Below are positions 46,104 to 55,487 of a stretch of 64,000 nt of DNA, one piece after another (the stretch's first letter is position 1; each line of letters opens with the position of its first letter). The notes beneath the pieces are model-generated. The model was not told the DNA's origin. It did not search any database and was given only the letters and a program-made list of their open reading frames with translations. A program made the position numbers and the translations under genes. The DNA comes from a bacterium (GTDB taxonomy: Bacteria; Desulfobacterota; DSWW01), in NCBI GenBank assembly GCA_040756235.1, contig JBFLZG010000126.1, positions 1 to 64,000 of the forward strand. Reading direction: 5' to 3'.

Positions 46104-46373
46104 CTCTCTTCCTCCAGGGCGCTTTTGGAAAAATAAGAGATTTGTACCACCTGAAGCGGCCCGGGAGCAACACCACGCGGGCGCGACAACCCCGCTGTTA
46201 TTCCGAGCTTTTGCGTCTGCTTTGATCCCGGTGAAGGCGGCGCGTTTCTGGATGCGCGCAGAGACTCTGCTTGTCTGATCCGGGTCCGGCAAGGGGGGTG
46301 GATACCTCCGGGCGAGGAACCAGCGAAGGAGTTGTGAAACGGGCTTTCTGCCTCCCGATCTCTCGGGGAGCGT

Positions 46374-46805
46374 TCACATACGGTAAAGCTCGTCCTCGGG
46401 AAGAATCCGGACGCCGTGGCGCGAGAGGACTTCCACGGCCTTCTGCGTTTCGTCGAAACGGAAGATCATGATCGCGCTTTCCGCCCGGGACCGGACGAAG
46501 GCGTACATGTACTCCACGTTGATGCCTTCCCCGCTCAGGATCTCGAGCAGATGGGCAAGGCCGCCGGGCCGATCCGGCACCTCGGCCGCCACCACGTCCG
46601 TCTGGCGCACGGTCAATCCCTCCTGCTTGAGCAGAGCGACGGCCGTCTCGACGTCGTTGACCAGGATCCGCAGGATCCCGAAGTCCGCGGTATCCGCCAG
46701 AGAGAGGGCGCGGATGTTGATGCCGCGATCACCCAGCAGCCGGGTCACCTCCGCAAGGCGGCCGGCGCGGTTTTCCAGAAAGATGGATACCTGTTTGGCA
46801 GTCAT
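46374..46805 (-). CDS. Tandem ACT-domain protein
   Basis: KQVSIFLEN..GRL, INIRALS.ADT.DFGILR, PDRPGGL, INVEYMYAF. Confidence 0.92.
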   Translation of the reverse strand: MTAKQVSIFLENRAGRLAEVTRLLGDRGINIRALSLADTADFGILRILVNDVETAVALLKQEGLTVRQTDVVAAEVPDRPGGLAHLLEILSGEGINVEYMYAFVRSRAESAIMIFRFDETQKAVEVLSRHGVRILPEDELYRM

Positions 46806-46870
46806 GGCGTGCCTCCCCGGCATGGACGGAACCGGACGCGGCGACCCGGCCGGTCGCTGAGCCCGACAGA

Positions 46871-46894
46871 AGGGCGACCGCCGGTCGCGCCTAC
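46871..46894. repeat. GTAG-type REP-like palindrome
   Basis: Minus strand GTAGGCGCGACCGGCGGTCGCCCT; contains the paaK TAG stop. Confidence 0.6.
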
Positions 46895-48189
46895 GGTTTT
46901 CTGCGGTCGATGACCCGCGTGGCCTTGCCCTCGCTGCGGGCGATCGTGTTCGGTTCCACGAGCTTTACCTTCACGGCGATTTGGAGGGTGCTCTCCACCT
47001 CTTCTTGGATGCGTTTTTCGATGTTTTCGAGCAATTTGATCTCGTCGGAGAACATCTTTTCCGAGACCTCGACGTGGATTTCCAGGGTGTCCAGGCTGTG
47101 GACCCTGTCCACGTAAATCAGGTAGTGCGGGGCGACTTCCGGCACTTCGAGGAGCACGCTCTCGATCTGGGAGGGGAACACGTTGACGCCTCGGATGATG
47201 AGCATGTCGTCTGAGCGGCCCGAGATCTTGCGCATGCGCAAGGTGGTGCGGCCGCAGGAGCACCGCTCCGGCTCGAGGCTGGTGATGTCCCGCGTGCGGT
47301 AGCGGATCAAAGGGATCCCTTCCTTGGTGAGGGTCGTCAGGACGAGCTCCCCGGTCATGCCGGGCTCCAGCACCTCACCGGTTGCAGGGTCGATCACCTC
47401 GGGCAGGAAGTGGTCCTCCATCAGGTGGAGCCCTGCCTTGGCCTTGCATTCGGCGGCCACTCCGGGACCGATGATCTCGCTCAGGCCGTAGATGTCGATC
47501 GCGTCGATCCCGAGATCCCGCTCGATCTGCTGGCGCATCGACTCGGTCCATGGCTCGGCGCCGAAGATACCGACCCTCAGGGGCATGTCCCGAATGGGTG
47601 TCCCCATCTGCTCTGCCACCTCGCCCAGATAGAGGGCGTAGGACGGGGTGGAACAGAGTGCGGTGATGCCGAAGTCCTTCATGAGCATGATCTGGCGCTT
47701 GGTGTTGCCCACGGAGATCGGCACCACGGCGGCGCCGACCCGCTCCGCCCCGTAGTGGGCCCCGAGCCCGCCCGTGAACAGGCCATAGCCGAAGGCGTTC
47801 TGGATGATGTCCCCTCGGCCGACCCCGGCCGAGGCGAGCGTCCTGGCCATGACCTCGGACCAGATCTCGATGTCCCTGCGGGTGTAGCCCACGACGGTCG
47901 GCTTTCCCGTCGTGCCGCTCGAGGCATGGATCCGCACGATCTCCTCCATGGGTGCGGCAAACAGGCCGAAGGGGTAATGGTCCCTGAGATCGCTCTTGAT
48001 GGTGAAAGGAAGTCTGCGGAGATCCTCGAGGTTGCGGACCGTCTCGGGCCCCAGGCCGGCCAGCTCCATTCGCGTGCGATAGAAGGGGACGTGCTCGTAG
48101 ACCCTGCGGACCTGGGTCCGGACTCTCTGCAACTGGAGCCTTTCCAGGTCCATGCGCTCCATGCACTCGCATTGTTCGTTCCAGTACAA
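46891..48189 (-). CDS. paaK: Phenylacetate-CoA ligase
   Basis: [42 protein letters not shown] start. Confidence 0.93.
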   Translation of the reverse strand: MYWNEQCECMERMDLERLQLQRVRTQVRRVYEHVPFYRTRMELAGLGPETVRNLEDLRRLPFTIKSDLRDHYPFGLFAAPMEEIVRIHASSGTTGKPTVVGYTRRDIEIWSEVMARTLASAGVGRGDIIQNAFGYGLFTGGLGAHYGAERVGAAVVPISVGNTKRQIMLMKDFGITALCSTPSYALYLGEVAEQMGTPIRDMPLRVGIFGAEPWTESMRQQIERDLGIDAIDIYGLSEIIGPGVAAECKAKAGLHLMEDHFLPEVIDPATGEVLEPGMTGELVLTTLTKEGIPLIRYRTRDITSLEPERCSCGRTTLRMRKISGRSDDMLIIRGVNVFPSQIESVLLEVPEVAPHYLIYVDRVHSLDTLEIHVEVSEKMFSDEIKLLENIEKRIQEEVESTLQIAVKVKLVEPNTIARSEGKATRVIDRRKP

Positions 48190-48230
48190 TCCTCACCCTC
48201 CTCGAGAAGCAAAAGATCCAAGGTGCAAGG

Positions 48231-48839
48231 TCACCTTTTCCCCTTCGCCTTTTCCCTTTTCCCTGGGACCCTCTCTCTGCCCATCTCGAAGGCCTTGAGA
48301 TTCACGTCGACCACTTTCCGGGGTAGCCTCTCCTCGATCACTTCTCTCCAGATCTCCACGGGGAGCGGGAAGGAGCGCGAGGCGGCTCCCACGAGCACGC
48401 TGTTGATCGAGCGGACGTCCCCGGCCTTGCGGGCAAGCCCGAGGGCGTCGATGACCTCGGTCGGTGCGGACCGTCGCTCGAGGCTCGCGCAGATGTCTTC
48501 CGGGTAGTGCATGCGCCCCGAGGTGACCGTCGTGGGCATGATCTCCTGGCGGCCGACCAGGAGGCGTCCCTGCTTCCTGAGAAAGCCCAGCCAGCGCAGT
48601 GCCTCGAGCGATTCGAAAGCGATGAGCAGATCCGCTTCCCCGGCCGGGATCAAGGGAGAGAACACCTTCCGGCCGCAGCGGACGTGGCTGGAAACCGTCC
48701 CGCCCCGCTGGGCCATGCCGTGCACTTCGCTCTTCTTCACGTCATAGCCCGCCTTGAGGAACCCCAGGGCGATGAGCTCGCTGGCGACGAGCACGCCCTG
48801 CCCCCCTACACCCACCAGCAGAATGTTCCAGGCGTCCAC
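48231..48839 (-). CDS. iorB: Indolepyruvate:ferredoxin oxidoreductase beta subunit
   Basis: GVGGQG, SEVHGMAQRGG.V, FE.LE. Confidence 0.92.
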   Translation of the reverse strand: MDAWNILLVGVGGQGVLVASELIALGFLKAGYDVKKSEVHGMAQRGGTVSSHVRCGRKVFSPLIPAGEADLLIAFESLEALRWLGFLRKQGRLLVGRQEIMPTTVTSGRMHYPEDICASLERRSAPTEVIDALGLARKAGDVRSINSVLVGAASRSFPLPVEIWREVIEERLPRKVVDVNLKAFEMGRERVPGKREKAKGKR

Positions 48840-48851
48840 TCTCTTGATCTC

Positions 48852-50633
48852 CTATTCCGGCGTCCACTCCTGGATCGCTTCGGCTTTGCAGACCTGCTCG
48901 CAGATCGGGCACCCGTTGCAGACCGCCGCGTCGATGGTCGCTTTCCCTTCCGCGGTTTCGCTCAGCGCGGGGCAGCCGATGCGGAGGCAGAGGCGGCAGC
49001 CCGCGCATGCTTCCGGGTCCACTTTCTTGGGGCGGCGCTTCTCTCCTTTCCTGAGGAGCAGGCACGACCTTCTGGCGATGATGAGCGAGGAATGCGGAGC
49101 GCGGACCTCCTCCCGCAGGGCCTTCTCCATTGCCTTCAGGTCGTAAGGGTCCACGGTTCGGACCGACTCGATCCCCAGCGCCTTGCCGAGGGCCTCGAAG
49201 TCGACCGAGGGGGCTTCCTCTCCCTGAGCCGTTCGACCCGTTCCAGCGTGTTCCTGGAAACCGGTCATGGCCGTGGTCCGGTTGTCCAGGATGAGGGTCG
49301 TAGAGCATCCCTTGTTGTAGGCCACGTTGAGCAGCGGCGCGATCCCGGAGTGCAGGAAGGTGCTGTCGCCGAGGACCGCCACGCAGCGGGGGCGCCCGCC
49401 GTCCTCCCTGCCTGCCAGCGCCTTTTCGAGCCCGTGAGCCATGCCGATGCTGGCGCCCATGCAGACGGTGGTGTCCATGGTCTCCAGGGGCGGCGCCACG
49501 CTGAGCGTGTAACAGCCGATGTCGCCCATGACGTCGAGCTTGAGCTTCTTGATCGTGTAGAAGGTGGCCGAGTGAGGGCATCCGGGGCAGAGCGCGGGAG
49601 GTCTGGGCGGCAGCGCCCTCCTTGCGGCGGGCTCCTCGCCGGGCGAGAGCGTCGTGTCGCGTCGCAGGCCCCGGGAGACGATCTCGGGGGTGAGCTCGCC
49701 GCACAGGGGCAGGCGATCCTTGCCGAAGGCCGGGACCCCGAGACTGCGGACCTGTACTTCCAGAAAAGGGTCGAGCTCCTCGACCACGGCGATCTCTTTC
49801 AGGCCTTCGGCGAAGGCCCGGATCTTGGCGGCCGGCAGCGGGTGGCTCATTCCGATCTTCAGGAAGGACGCACGGGGAAAGGCTTCCCTGGCGTACTGGT
49901 AGGCTACGCCGCTCGAGACGATGCCGAGGGTGCCTTCTCCGGGCTCGACCCGGTTCAACGGGGTTGATTCGGAGAGGTCCGCGAGCTGCTCCATCCTGCG
50001 CTCGACCAGCTCGTGGCGCTGCCGGGCATACATCGGCACCATGACGTACTTGGGCGGGTCCTTGCGGAAAGCGGGTGGGATCGGACTCGTTCTGACCGCA
50101 GCCTTGCGCACGACCACGGTCTTGGAGTGGCAGATCCGGGTGGTCACGCGCAGGAGCACGGGCGTGTCGTATTGCTCGCTCATCTGCAAGGCGACGGCCA
50201 CGAAGTCATAGGCCTCCTGAGAGTCGGAGGGCTCGAGCATCGGGACCTTGGCAGCCACGGCGAAGTGGCGGTTGTCCTGCTCGTTCTGGGAGCTGTGCAA
50301 CCCCGGGTCGTCTGCCGAGACGATCAGGAGGCCGCCTCGGACTCCGATATAGGAAGCGGTGAAGAACGGATCGGCGGCCACGTTGAGGCCCACGTGCTTC
50401 ATGCTGACCAGGGACCTGGCTCCGCCGAGAGAGGCGCCGATGGCGACCTCCATGGCGACCTTCTCGTTGGGAGACCATTCGGCGTACACGTCCTTGAATC
50501 GCGCGAGGCTCTCGAGGATCTCGGTGCTCGGGGTGCCCGGGTAGGCCGTGGCGACCCGAACCCCGGCATCGTAAGCGCCGTAGGCGATGGCCTCATTGCC
50601 GGACAGAAGTTCTCTGTTTGGCTGTGTTTTCAC
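48852..50633 (-). CDS. iorA: Indolepyruvate:ferredoxin oxidoreductase alpha subunit
   Basis: GNEAIA, YPGTPSTE, MKHVGLNVA, CPGCPH, GDIGC, GDSTF.HSG, two C-terminal ferredoxin motifs; start 50633 or 50675. Confidence 0.94.
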   Translation of the reverse strand: MKTQPNRELLSGNEAIAYGAYDAGVRVATAYPGTPSTEILESLARFKDVYAEWSPNEKVAMEVAIGASLGGARSLVSMKHVGLNVAADPFFTASYIGVRGGLLIVSADDPGLHSSQNEQDNRHFAVAAKVPMLEPSDSQEAYDFVAVALQMSEQYDTPVLLRVTTRICHSKTVVVRKAAVRTSPIPPAFRKDPPKYVMVPMYARQRHELVERRMEQLADLSESTPLNRVEPGEGTLGIVSSGVAYQYAREAFPRASFLKIGMSHPLPAAKIRAFAEGLKEIAVVEELDPFLEVQVRSLGVPAFGKDRLPLCGELTPEIVSRGLRRDTTLSPGEEPAARRALPPRPPALCPGCPHSATFYTIKKLKLDVMGDIGCYTLSVAPPLETMDTTVCMGASIGMAHGLEKALAGREDGGRPRCVAVLGDSTFLHSGIAPLLNVAYNKGCSTTLILDNRTTAMTGFQEHAGTGRTAQGEEAPSVDFEALGKALGIESVRTVDPYDLKAMEKALREEVRAPHSSLIIARRSCLLLRKGEKRRPKKVDPEACAGCRLCLRIGCPALSETAEGKATIDAAVCNGCPICEQVCKAEAIQEWTPE

Positions 50634-50878
50634 GGGATCTGGCTCTCCTGGAAACTGCGGTGACGCCCGCGACAAGGCTAAAAAACCTAACAGAATCGGA
50701 GCGCTGAGTCAAAGGTCGAAAGACCCGGCAGATCCGGCCCGGAATCCCCGGCGCCGCGGGTCGGGGCGATGCGGGAAAGAAGAGGAAAAGGGGCGGGTTG
50801 AACGAGCGGTTGAAACCCGCCTGGCCCCGGTGCAAGATTGGCGGGCGTGCCACACCCCACCGTCTGGAGGAAAGCCGG

Positions 50879-52390
50879 ATGAGAACGCCCCTTGCGGCTC
50901 TCTTTGTGATCTCGGCCCTCGCCTTCTTGAGATCGTCCCCGTGCGCGTCGTCGCAAGCCGGCGGAGCGGCTCCGCTGAGCGACCGGACCCAGGCCTGCCT
51001 CTCCTGCCACACGATTTACACCCAGGGCATCGTTGCGGATTGGGAGCAGAGCCGGCACGCGCGGTCCAGCGTGCGGCAGGCGCTCAGCCGGCCTGAAAAG
51101 GAGCGCCGGGTCTCGGTGCAAGCGCCTGAAGAGGCCGGAGTTGCCTACCCGGACGTGGCGGTCGGGTGCGCCGAATGCCACCTGCTCGATCCCAAGCTCC
51201 ATGAGGACACCTTTTCCCACAACGGGTACGAGGTTCACGTCGTCGTCTCGCCCCCGGACTGCGCCCATTGCCACCCGGTGGAGCAGGAGCAGTACCTCGC
51301 CGCCAACAAGATGTCCCGGGCCCACGGGAACCTCGCCGCCAACCCGGTGTACCGGGACCTGGCAGAGGCGGTCGCGGGCGTGAGGCGAGCCGGGAACGGA
51401 GACCTCCGCTCGTCCGGGGGCCGCGAAGCTGCGCCGTATGAAAGCTGTTTCGCCTGCCACGGAACCCGGGTCGCGGTCCTTGGAACCAGGAAGATCGACG
51501 CGCGCACCGAGTCGGTGGAGGTGCCGGACCTCTCCGGCTGGCCCAACACGGGGGCCGGCCGCGTGAACCCGGACGGATCCCTGGGCGCCTGTTCCGCCTG
51601 TCACCCGCGCCACTGCTTCTCCATGGCCGCGGCGCGCGAGCCTCGGACCTGCGCGCGCTGCCACGAGGGGCCCGACGTGCCTGCCTGGAACGTGTACGAG
51701 AACAGCAAGCATGGCGTTCTGTCCTCCGCGTCGCGGGAAGCTTCGGCCATGGACGTCGTGCCCTGGAAGCTGGGCAGGGACTTTCGGGCGCCGACCTGTG
51801 CGGTCTGTCACGCAAGCCTCATCGTGGACACGGAAGGCGCCGTGGTGCTCAAGAGGACTCACGGATTCGGCGACAGACTTTGGGTCCGCCTCTTCGGGCT
51901 GGTCTACAGCCACCCCCAGCCCCTGGAGCCGGACACCACGCGCATCCGCAACGCGACCGGCCAGCCCCTCCCCGTGACCCTGCAGGGAGAGCCGGCAGCC
52001 GCCTTCCTGATTCCGCCCGAGGAGCAGAGCCGCAGGCGCCGGAGCATGATGACCCTGTGTGAAGGCTGCCACGGGACGCAGTGGACCACGCTCCACTTCG
52101 GGCAATTCGCAGCCACGCTCGAGAACGTGGACACCGCTGTCCGCCAGGGAACGGCCCTCATGCAGCGCGCCTGGGCCGAAGGATGGGCCGCGCCGGAGAG
52201 CCTGTTCGACGAGGCGCTGGAGAGGCTCTGGACGGAACAGTGGCTGCTGTGCGCCAACGGGATCCGCTACACGTCGGCCATGGCGGGCGCGCCGGACCAT
52301 GCCGCCTTTCGCGGCGGCTGGTGGGGCCTTTCGGGCTCCCTGGTGCGGCTGCGCGAGGCCGTGGAGCACGGGCGCCGCACCGCCCGGTGA
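50879..52390 (+). CDS. Octaheme cytochrome c, hydroxylamine oxidoreductase (HAO)-like
   Basis: Signal peptide; 8 CxxCH motifs; W..S.H, CH.RH.FS, C..CH.GPD, Y.NSKHG, APTCA.CH. Confidence 0.82.
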   Translation: MRTPLAALFVISALAFLRSSPCASSQAGGAAPLSDRTQACLSCHTIYTQGIVADWEQSRHARSSVRQALSRPEKERRVSVQAPEEAGVAYPDVAVGCAECHLLDPKLHEDTFSHNGYEVHVVVSPPDCAHCHPVEQEQYLAANKMSRAHGNLAANPVYRDLAEAVAGVRRAGNGDLRSSGGREAAPYESCFACHGTRVAVLGTRKIDARTESVEVPDLSGWPNTGAGRVNPDGSLGACSACHPRHCFSMAAAREPRTCARCHEGPDVPAWNVYENSKHGVLSSASREASAMDVVPWKLGRDFRAPTCAVCHASLIVDTEGAVVLKRTHGFGDRLWVRLFGLVYSHPQPLEPDTTRIRNATGQPLPVTLQGEPAAAFLIPPEEQSRRRRSMMTLCEGCHGTQWTTLHFGQFAATLENVDTAVRQGTALMQRAWAEGWAAPESLFDEALERLWTEQWLLCANGIRYTSAMAGAPDHAAFRGGWWGLSGSLVRLREAVEHGRRTAR

Positions 52391-52488
52391 GCGCGCCGGC
52401 CGGCCGGGACCTTCCCCTCGCCTCTTTTCTTCGCCGCGCCGTCGGTCGGATGCATGCGCTCGGCGGGCTCCGCGCCGCGCCCCTCCGT

Positions 52489-52503
52489 TGCAACTCAGTT
52501 GCA
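52489..52503. promoter_or_regulatory. Palindromic Fur-family (Zur-type) operator
   Basis: TGCAAC-TCA-GTTGCA about 55 nt upstream of the Fur-family gene heading a Zn ABC operon. Confidence 0.75.
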
Positions 52504-52556
52504 TTTGTGCAAAACTGCGTTGGTGTGTGCGGACGCCACCAGCGAGGAGAACGAGC

Positions 52557-52973
52557 GTGGGCAGGGAGTCTCAGATCCTCCATGAGGCAGGGCTCAAGGC
52601 CACGGAGCTGCGCATCCGGGTGCTGCACGTGCTCCTGGATGCCCGACAGCCCCTGGCCCACCGCGAGGTCGTGGAGCAGGCGGGGCGCAGGGGGCTCGAT
52701 CGGGTCAGCGTGTACCGGGCGCTTCAGGCCTTCGTGGCAAAGGGGATCGCCCACCGTGTCCTGGGCGAGGACCGCGTGGGCCGGTTCGCCCTGTGCGATC
52801 GAAAGACCGCTCACCCGGTCCATCCGCATTTCGTTTGCCGCAGTTGCGGCAAGATCGTCTGTCTCAAGAAGGTGCGCATGCCGCCGGTGACGCGGGAGAA
52901 GCTCGGCCATCGCATCGAGGAACAGTTCTGGACCATGAGGGGGGTCTGCTCGGCATGTCTCGGAGCCTGCTGA
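52557..52973 (+). CDS. Fur-family regulator, probably Zur
   Basis: RBS GAGGAG + GTG; GLKAT..R..VL, SVYRAL, H.HFVCRSCG, C-terminal CSAC. Confidence 0.88.
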   Translation: MGRESQILHEAGLKATELRIRVLHVLLDARQPLAHREVVEQAGRRGLDRVSVYRALQAFVAKGIAHRVLGEDRVGRFALCDRKTAHPVHPHFVCRSCGKIVCLKKVRMPPVTREKLGHRIEEQFWTMRGVCSACLGAC

Positions 52974-53854
52974 ACCTGCGAACCAGGACGGTGCGGCGGT
53001 TCCTCGCCTGTGCTCTGCTCGTGGGCCTGTCCTCGGGAACGGCCTCTGAGGCTGCCGAGGAGAGCCGGGGCAGGCTGCCGGTCTTCGTCACCATCCTCCC
53101 TCAGGTGGAGTTCGCCGAGCGGATCGGGGGGGAGCGCGTGGAGGTCAGCGCCATGGTGGAGCCCGGGCGCAGCCCCGAGACTTTCGAGCCGAGCCCGCAG
53201 CAGCTGGCCAGGCTCAGCCGAGCGGCGCTCTACTTCCGCATCGGCATCGGATTCGAGGAGGCCTGGCTCGATAAGATCCGGCAGATCCATCCCGACCTGC
53301 GCATCGTGGACACCCGGGCCGGCCTGGCGCTGCTTTCTTCCGGCCACGCTCATGCCGGCGAGGAGCACGGCATGGACCCGCACGTGTGGTTGGACCCGGG
53401 GCGGGTCCGGATCCTCGCCGGCAACATGGCTCGGGCGCTGGAGGAGGCCGACCCCGAGAGCGCGGCGCTCTATCGGACCAACCTCGCCCGTTTCATCGAG
53501 GATCTGGACCGGGTGGACGCCGAGCTGCGCGAGCTGTTCCGCGATGCCCCGGGCAAGCGGTTCATCGTCTGGCACCCGGCCTGGGGATATCTGGCGGACG
53601 CCTACGGGCTCGAGCAGGTCGCGGTCGAGGAAGAAGGCAAGGAGCCCAATGCGAAGCGGCTGACCGAGTTGCTCGGCGCATGCCGAGAAGCCGGTTTCCG
53701 GATCCTCTTCGCCCCTGAAGAGACCCGCACCCGGTCCTTGGAGAGCTTCGCCCGGGCCGCGAATTTGAGGATCGTGCGGCTGGACCCGCTGGCGAAGAAC
53801 TATCTGGACAACCTGCGCTCGATGGCCGCGCGCATCCGGGAGGGGCTGAGATGA
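52955..53854 (+). CDS. Zn/Mn ABC transporter substrate-binding protein (ZnuA-like)
   Basis: VTILPQ, FEPSP, HAHAGEEH, DPHVWLDP, HPAWGY, EGKEP. Confidence 0.9.
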   Translation: MSRSLLNLRTRTVRRFLACALLVGLSSGTASEAAEESRGRLPVFVTILPQVEFAERIGGERVEVSAMVEPGRSPETFEPSPQQLARLSRAALYFRIGIGFEEAWLDKIRQIHPDLRIVDTRAGLALLSSGHAHAGEEHGMDPHVWLDPGRVRILAGNMARALEEADPESAALYRTNLARFIEDLDRVDAELRELFRDAPGKRFIVWHPAWGYLADAYGLEQVAVEEEGKEPNAKRLTELLGACREAGFRILFAPEETRTRSLESFARAANLRIVRLDPLAKNYLDNLRSMAARIREGLR

Positions 53855-54597
53855 GCGGCGCTCAGGCTCCGGTGGCCCTGGAGAACGTCTCCTTCCGTTA
53901 TGACGGAAGATGGATTCTGGAAGAGGTCACGCTGGAGATCGCCGAGCGTGAGTTTCTCGGCCTGATCGGGCCCAACGGCTCGGGCAAATCCACTCTGCTC
54001 AAGCTGATTCTCGGGCTCCGCAGGCCGCAGAAGGGGCGCGTGCTCGTCTACGGCAATCGGCCGGAGGAAGCCCGGGGCTGGATCGGGTACGTGCCGCAGC
54101 ATCTGAGCTTCGATCGCAGCTTCCCGGTGACGGCCATGGACGTGGTCCTCATGGGACGCCTGGGAGTCAACCGCGGGCTGCGCCGCTACGGCCGGGCCGA
54201 CCGGACGGCAGCGGAGGAGGTTCTGGAACAGGTGGGGGTGGCGGCCCTGGGCAAGCGGGCCATCGGCACGCTGTCCGGCGGCGAGCTGCAGCGCGTCTTC
54301 ATTGCTCGAGCGCTGGTCTCGAAGCCGCGGCTCCTCATCCTGGACGAGCCCACGACCGGCGTGGACATCGACACCGAAAAAGCCGTCTACGAGCTGCTGA
54401 AGGAGCTCAACCAGAAGATGACCATTATCCTGGTGACGCATGAGCTGAACTTCGTTTCGGCGTACGTCAAGCGCGTCGCCTGTCTGGCCCGGCGTCTGGT
54501 CTGCCACCCCACGGACGAGGTGCCGGAATCGCTGTACGGTTCCTTGTATCTCACGCCCATCAAAATGGTCCGCCACGAGCACGAAGAGGGCGTCTAG
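53851..54597 (+). CDS. Zn/Mn ABC transporter ATPase (ZnuC-like)
   Basis: GPNGSGKST, GYVPQ, LSGGE.QR, LDEP. Confidence 0.93.
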   Translation: MSGAQAPVALENVSFRYDGRWILEEVTLEIAEREFLGLIGPNGSGKSTLLKLILGLRRPQKGRVLVYGNRPEEARGWIGYVPQHLSFDRSFPVTAMDVVLMGRLGVNRGLRRYGRADRTAAEEVLEQVGVAALGKRAIGTLSGGELQRVFIARALVSKPRLLILDEPTTGVDIDTEKAVYELLKELNQKMTIILVTHELNFVSAYVKRVACLARRLVCHPTDEVPESLYGSLYLTPIKMVRHEHEEGV

Positions 54598-54616
54598 CCG
54601 GGCGGCCGAGCGACCC

Positions 54617-55447
54617 ATGGAATTCTTCGAAGCGGTCCGACAATATCCGTTTCTGCAGAACGCGCTCCTCATGGGGGTCCTGTCGAGCCTCGCCTGCGGC
54701 CCGATGGGCGCCTATGTGGTGGTGAAGCGGATTTCCTTCATCAGCGGCGGGATCGCCCACGCGGTGCTGGGAGGGATGGGAGTGGCCTACTTTTTCGGCC
54801 GCAGCCCCATGGCCGGCGCGCTGATTGCGGCCCTGCTCGCGGCGGTTCTGATCGGGGTCGTGAGCCTGCGCGCCCGGCAGCGCGAGGACACGGCCATCGG
54901 CGCCCTGTGGGCCACGGGCATGGCGATCGGCATCGTCTTCATTTCGCGGACGCCGGGATACAACGTCGATCTCATGAGCTATCTGTTCGGCAACATCCTC
55001 CTGGTGAGCCGTTCGGACCTGCTCTGGACCGGGCTCCTCGACGCCGTCATTCTGGGCGCGGTCTTCCTGTACTACAACCCGCTGCTGGCGGTCTGCTTCG
55101 ACGAAGAGAATGCGCGGCTTCAGGGCGTCCCGGTGGAACGCGCCTACCTGGGGCTCCTCTGCCTGATCGCCGCCACGGTCGTGATCCTGGTCCACGTCGC
55201 GGGCATCGTCCTGGTCATCGCGCTGCTCACGCTGCCGGCAGCGATCGCCGGGATCTTCGTACGGCGCCTTGCGCGGATCATGCTCGCGGCAACCGTTTTG
55301 GGGGTGCTGTTTGCCTGGGGCGGGCTCTTCCTGTCTTACGGACCGGATCTTCCCGCCGGGGCCACGATCATCCTGCTCGCCGCTGCGAGCTATCTCGCTT
55401 GCCTGCTCTTTGCGGCAGCCTGGAGCCGAAGCCGGCCGGGGCGGTAG
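54617..55447 (+). CDS. Zn/Mn ABC transporter permease (ZnuB-like)
   Basis: ABC-3 pattern IAHAVLGG, EDTAIG, YLFGNI, FDEE.A. Confidence 0.92.
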   Translation: MEFFEAVRQYPFLQNALLMGVLSSLACGPMGAYVVVKRISFISGGIAHAVLGGMGVAYFFGRSPMAGALIAALLAAVLIGVVSLRARQREDTAIGALWATGMAIGIVFISRTPGYNVDLMSYLFGNILLVSRSDLLWTGLLDAVILGAVFLYYNPLLAVCFDEENARLQGVPVERAYLGLLCLIAATVVILVHVAGIVLVIALLTLPAAIAGIFVRRLARIMLAATVLGVLFAWGGLFLSYGPDLPAGATIILLAAASYLACLLFAAAWSRSRPGR

Positions 55448-55487
55448 ACGGATCGAAGACCGAACAAGCAAGCATGAGGAGAGGTGC

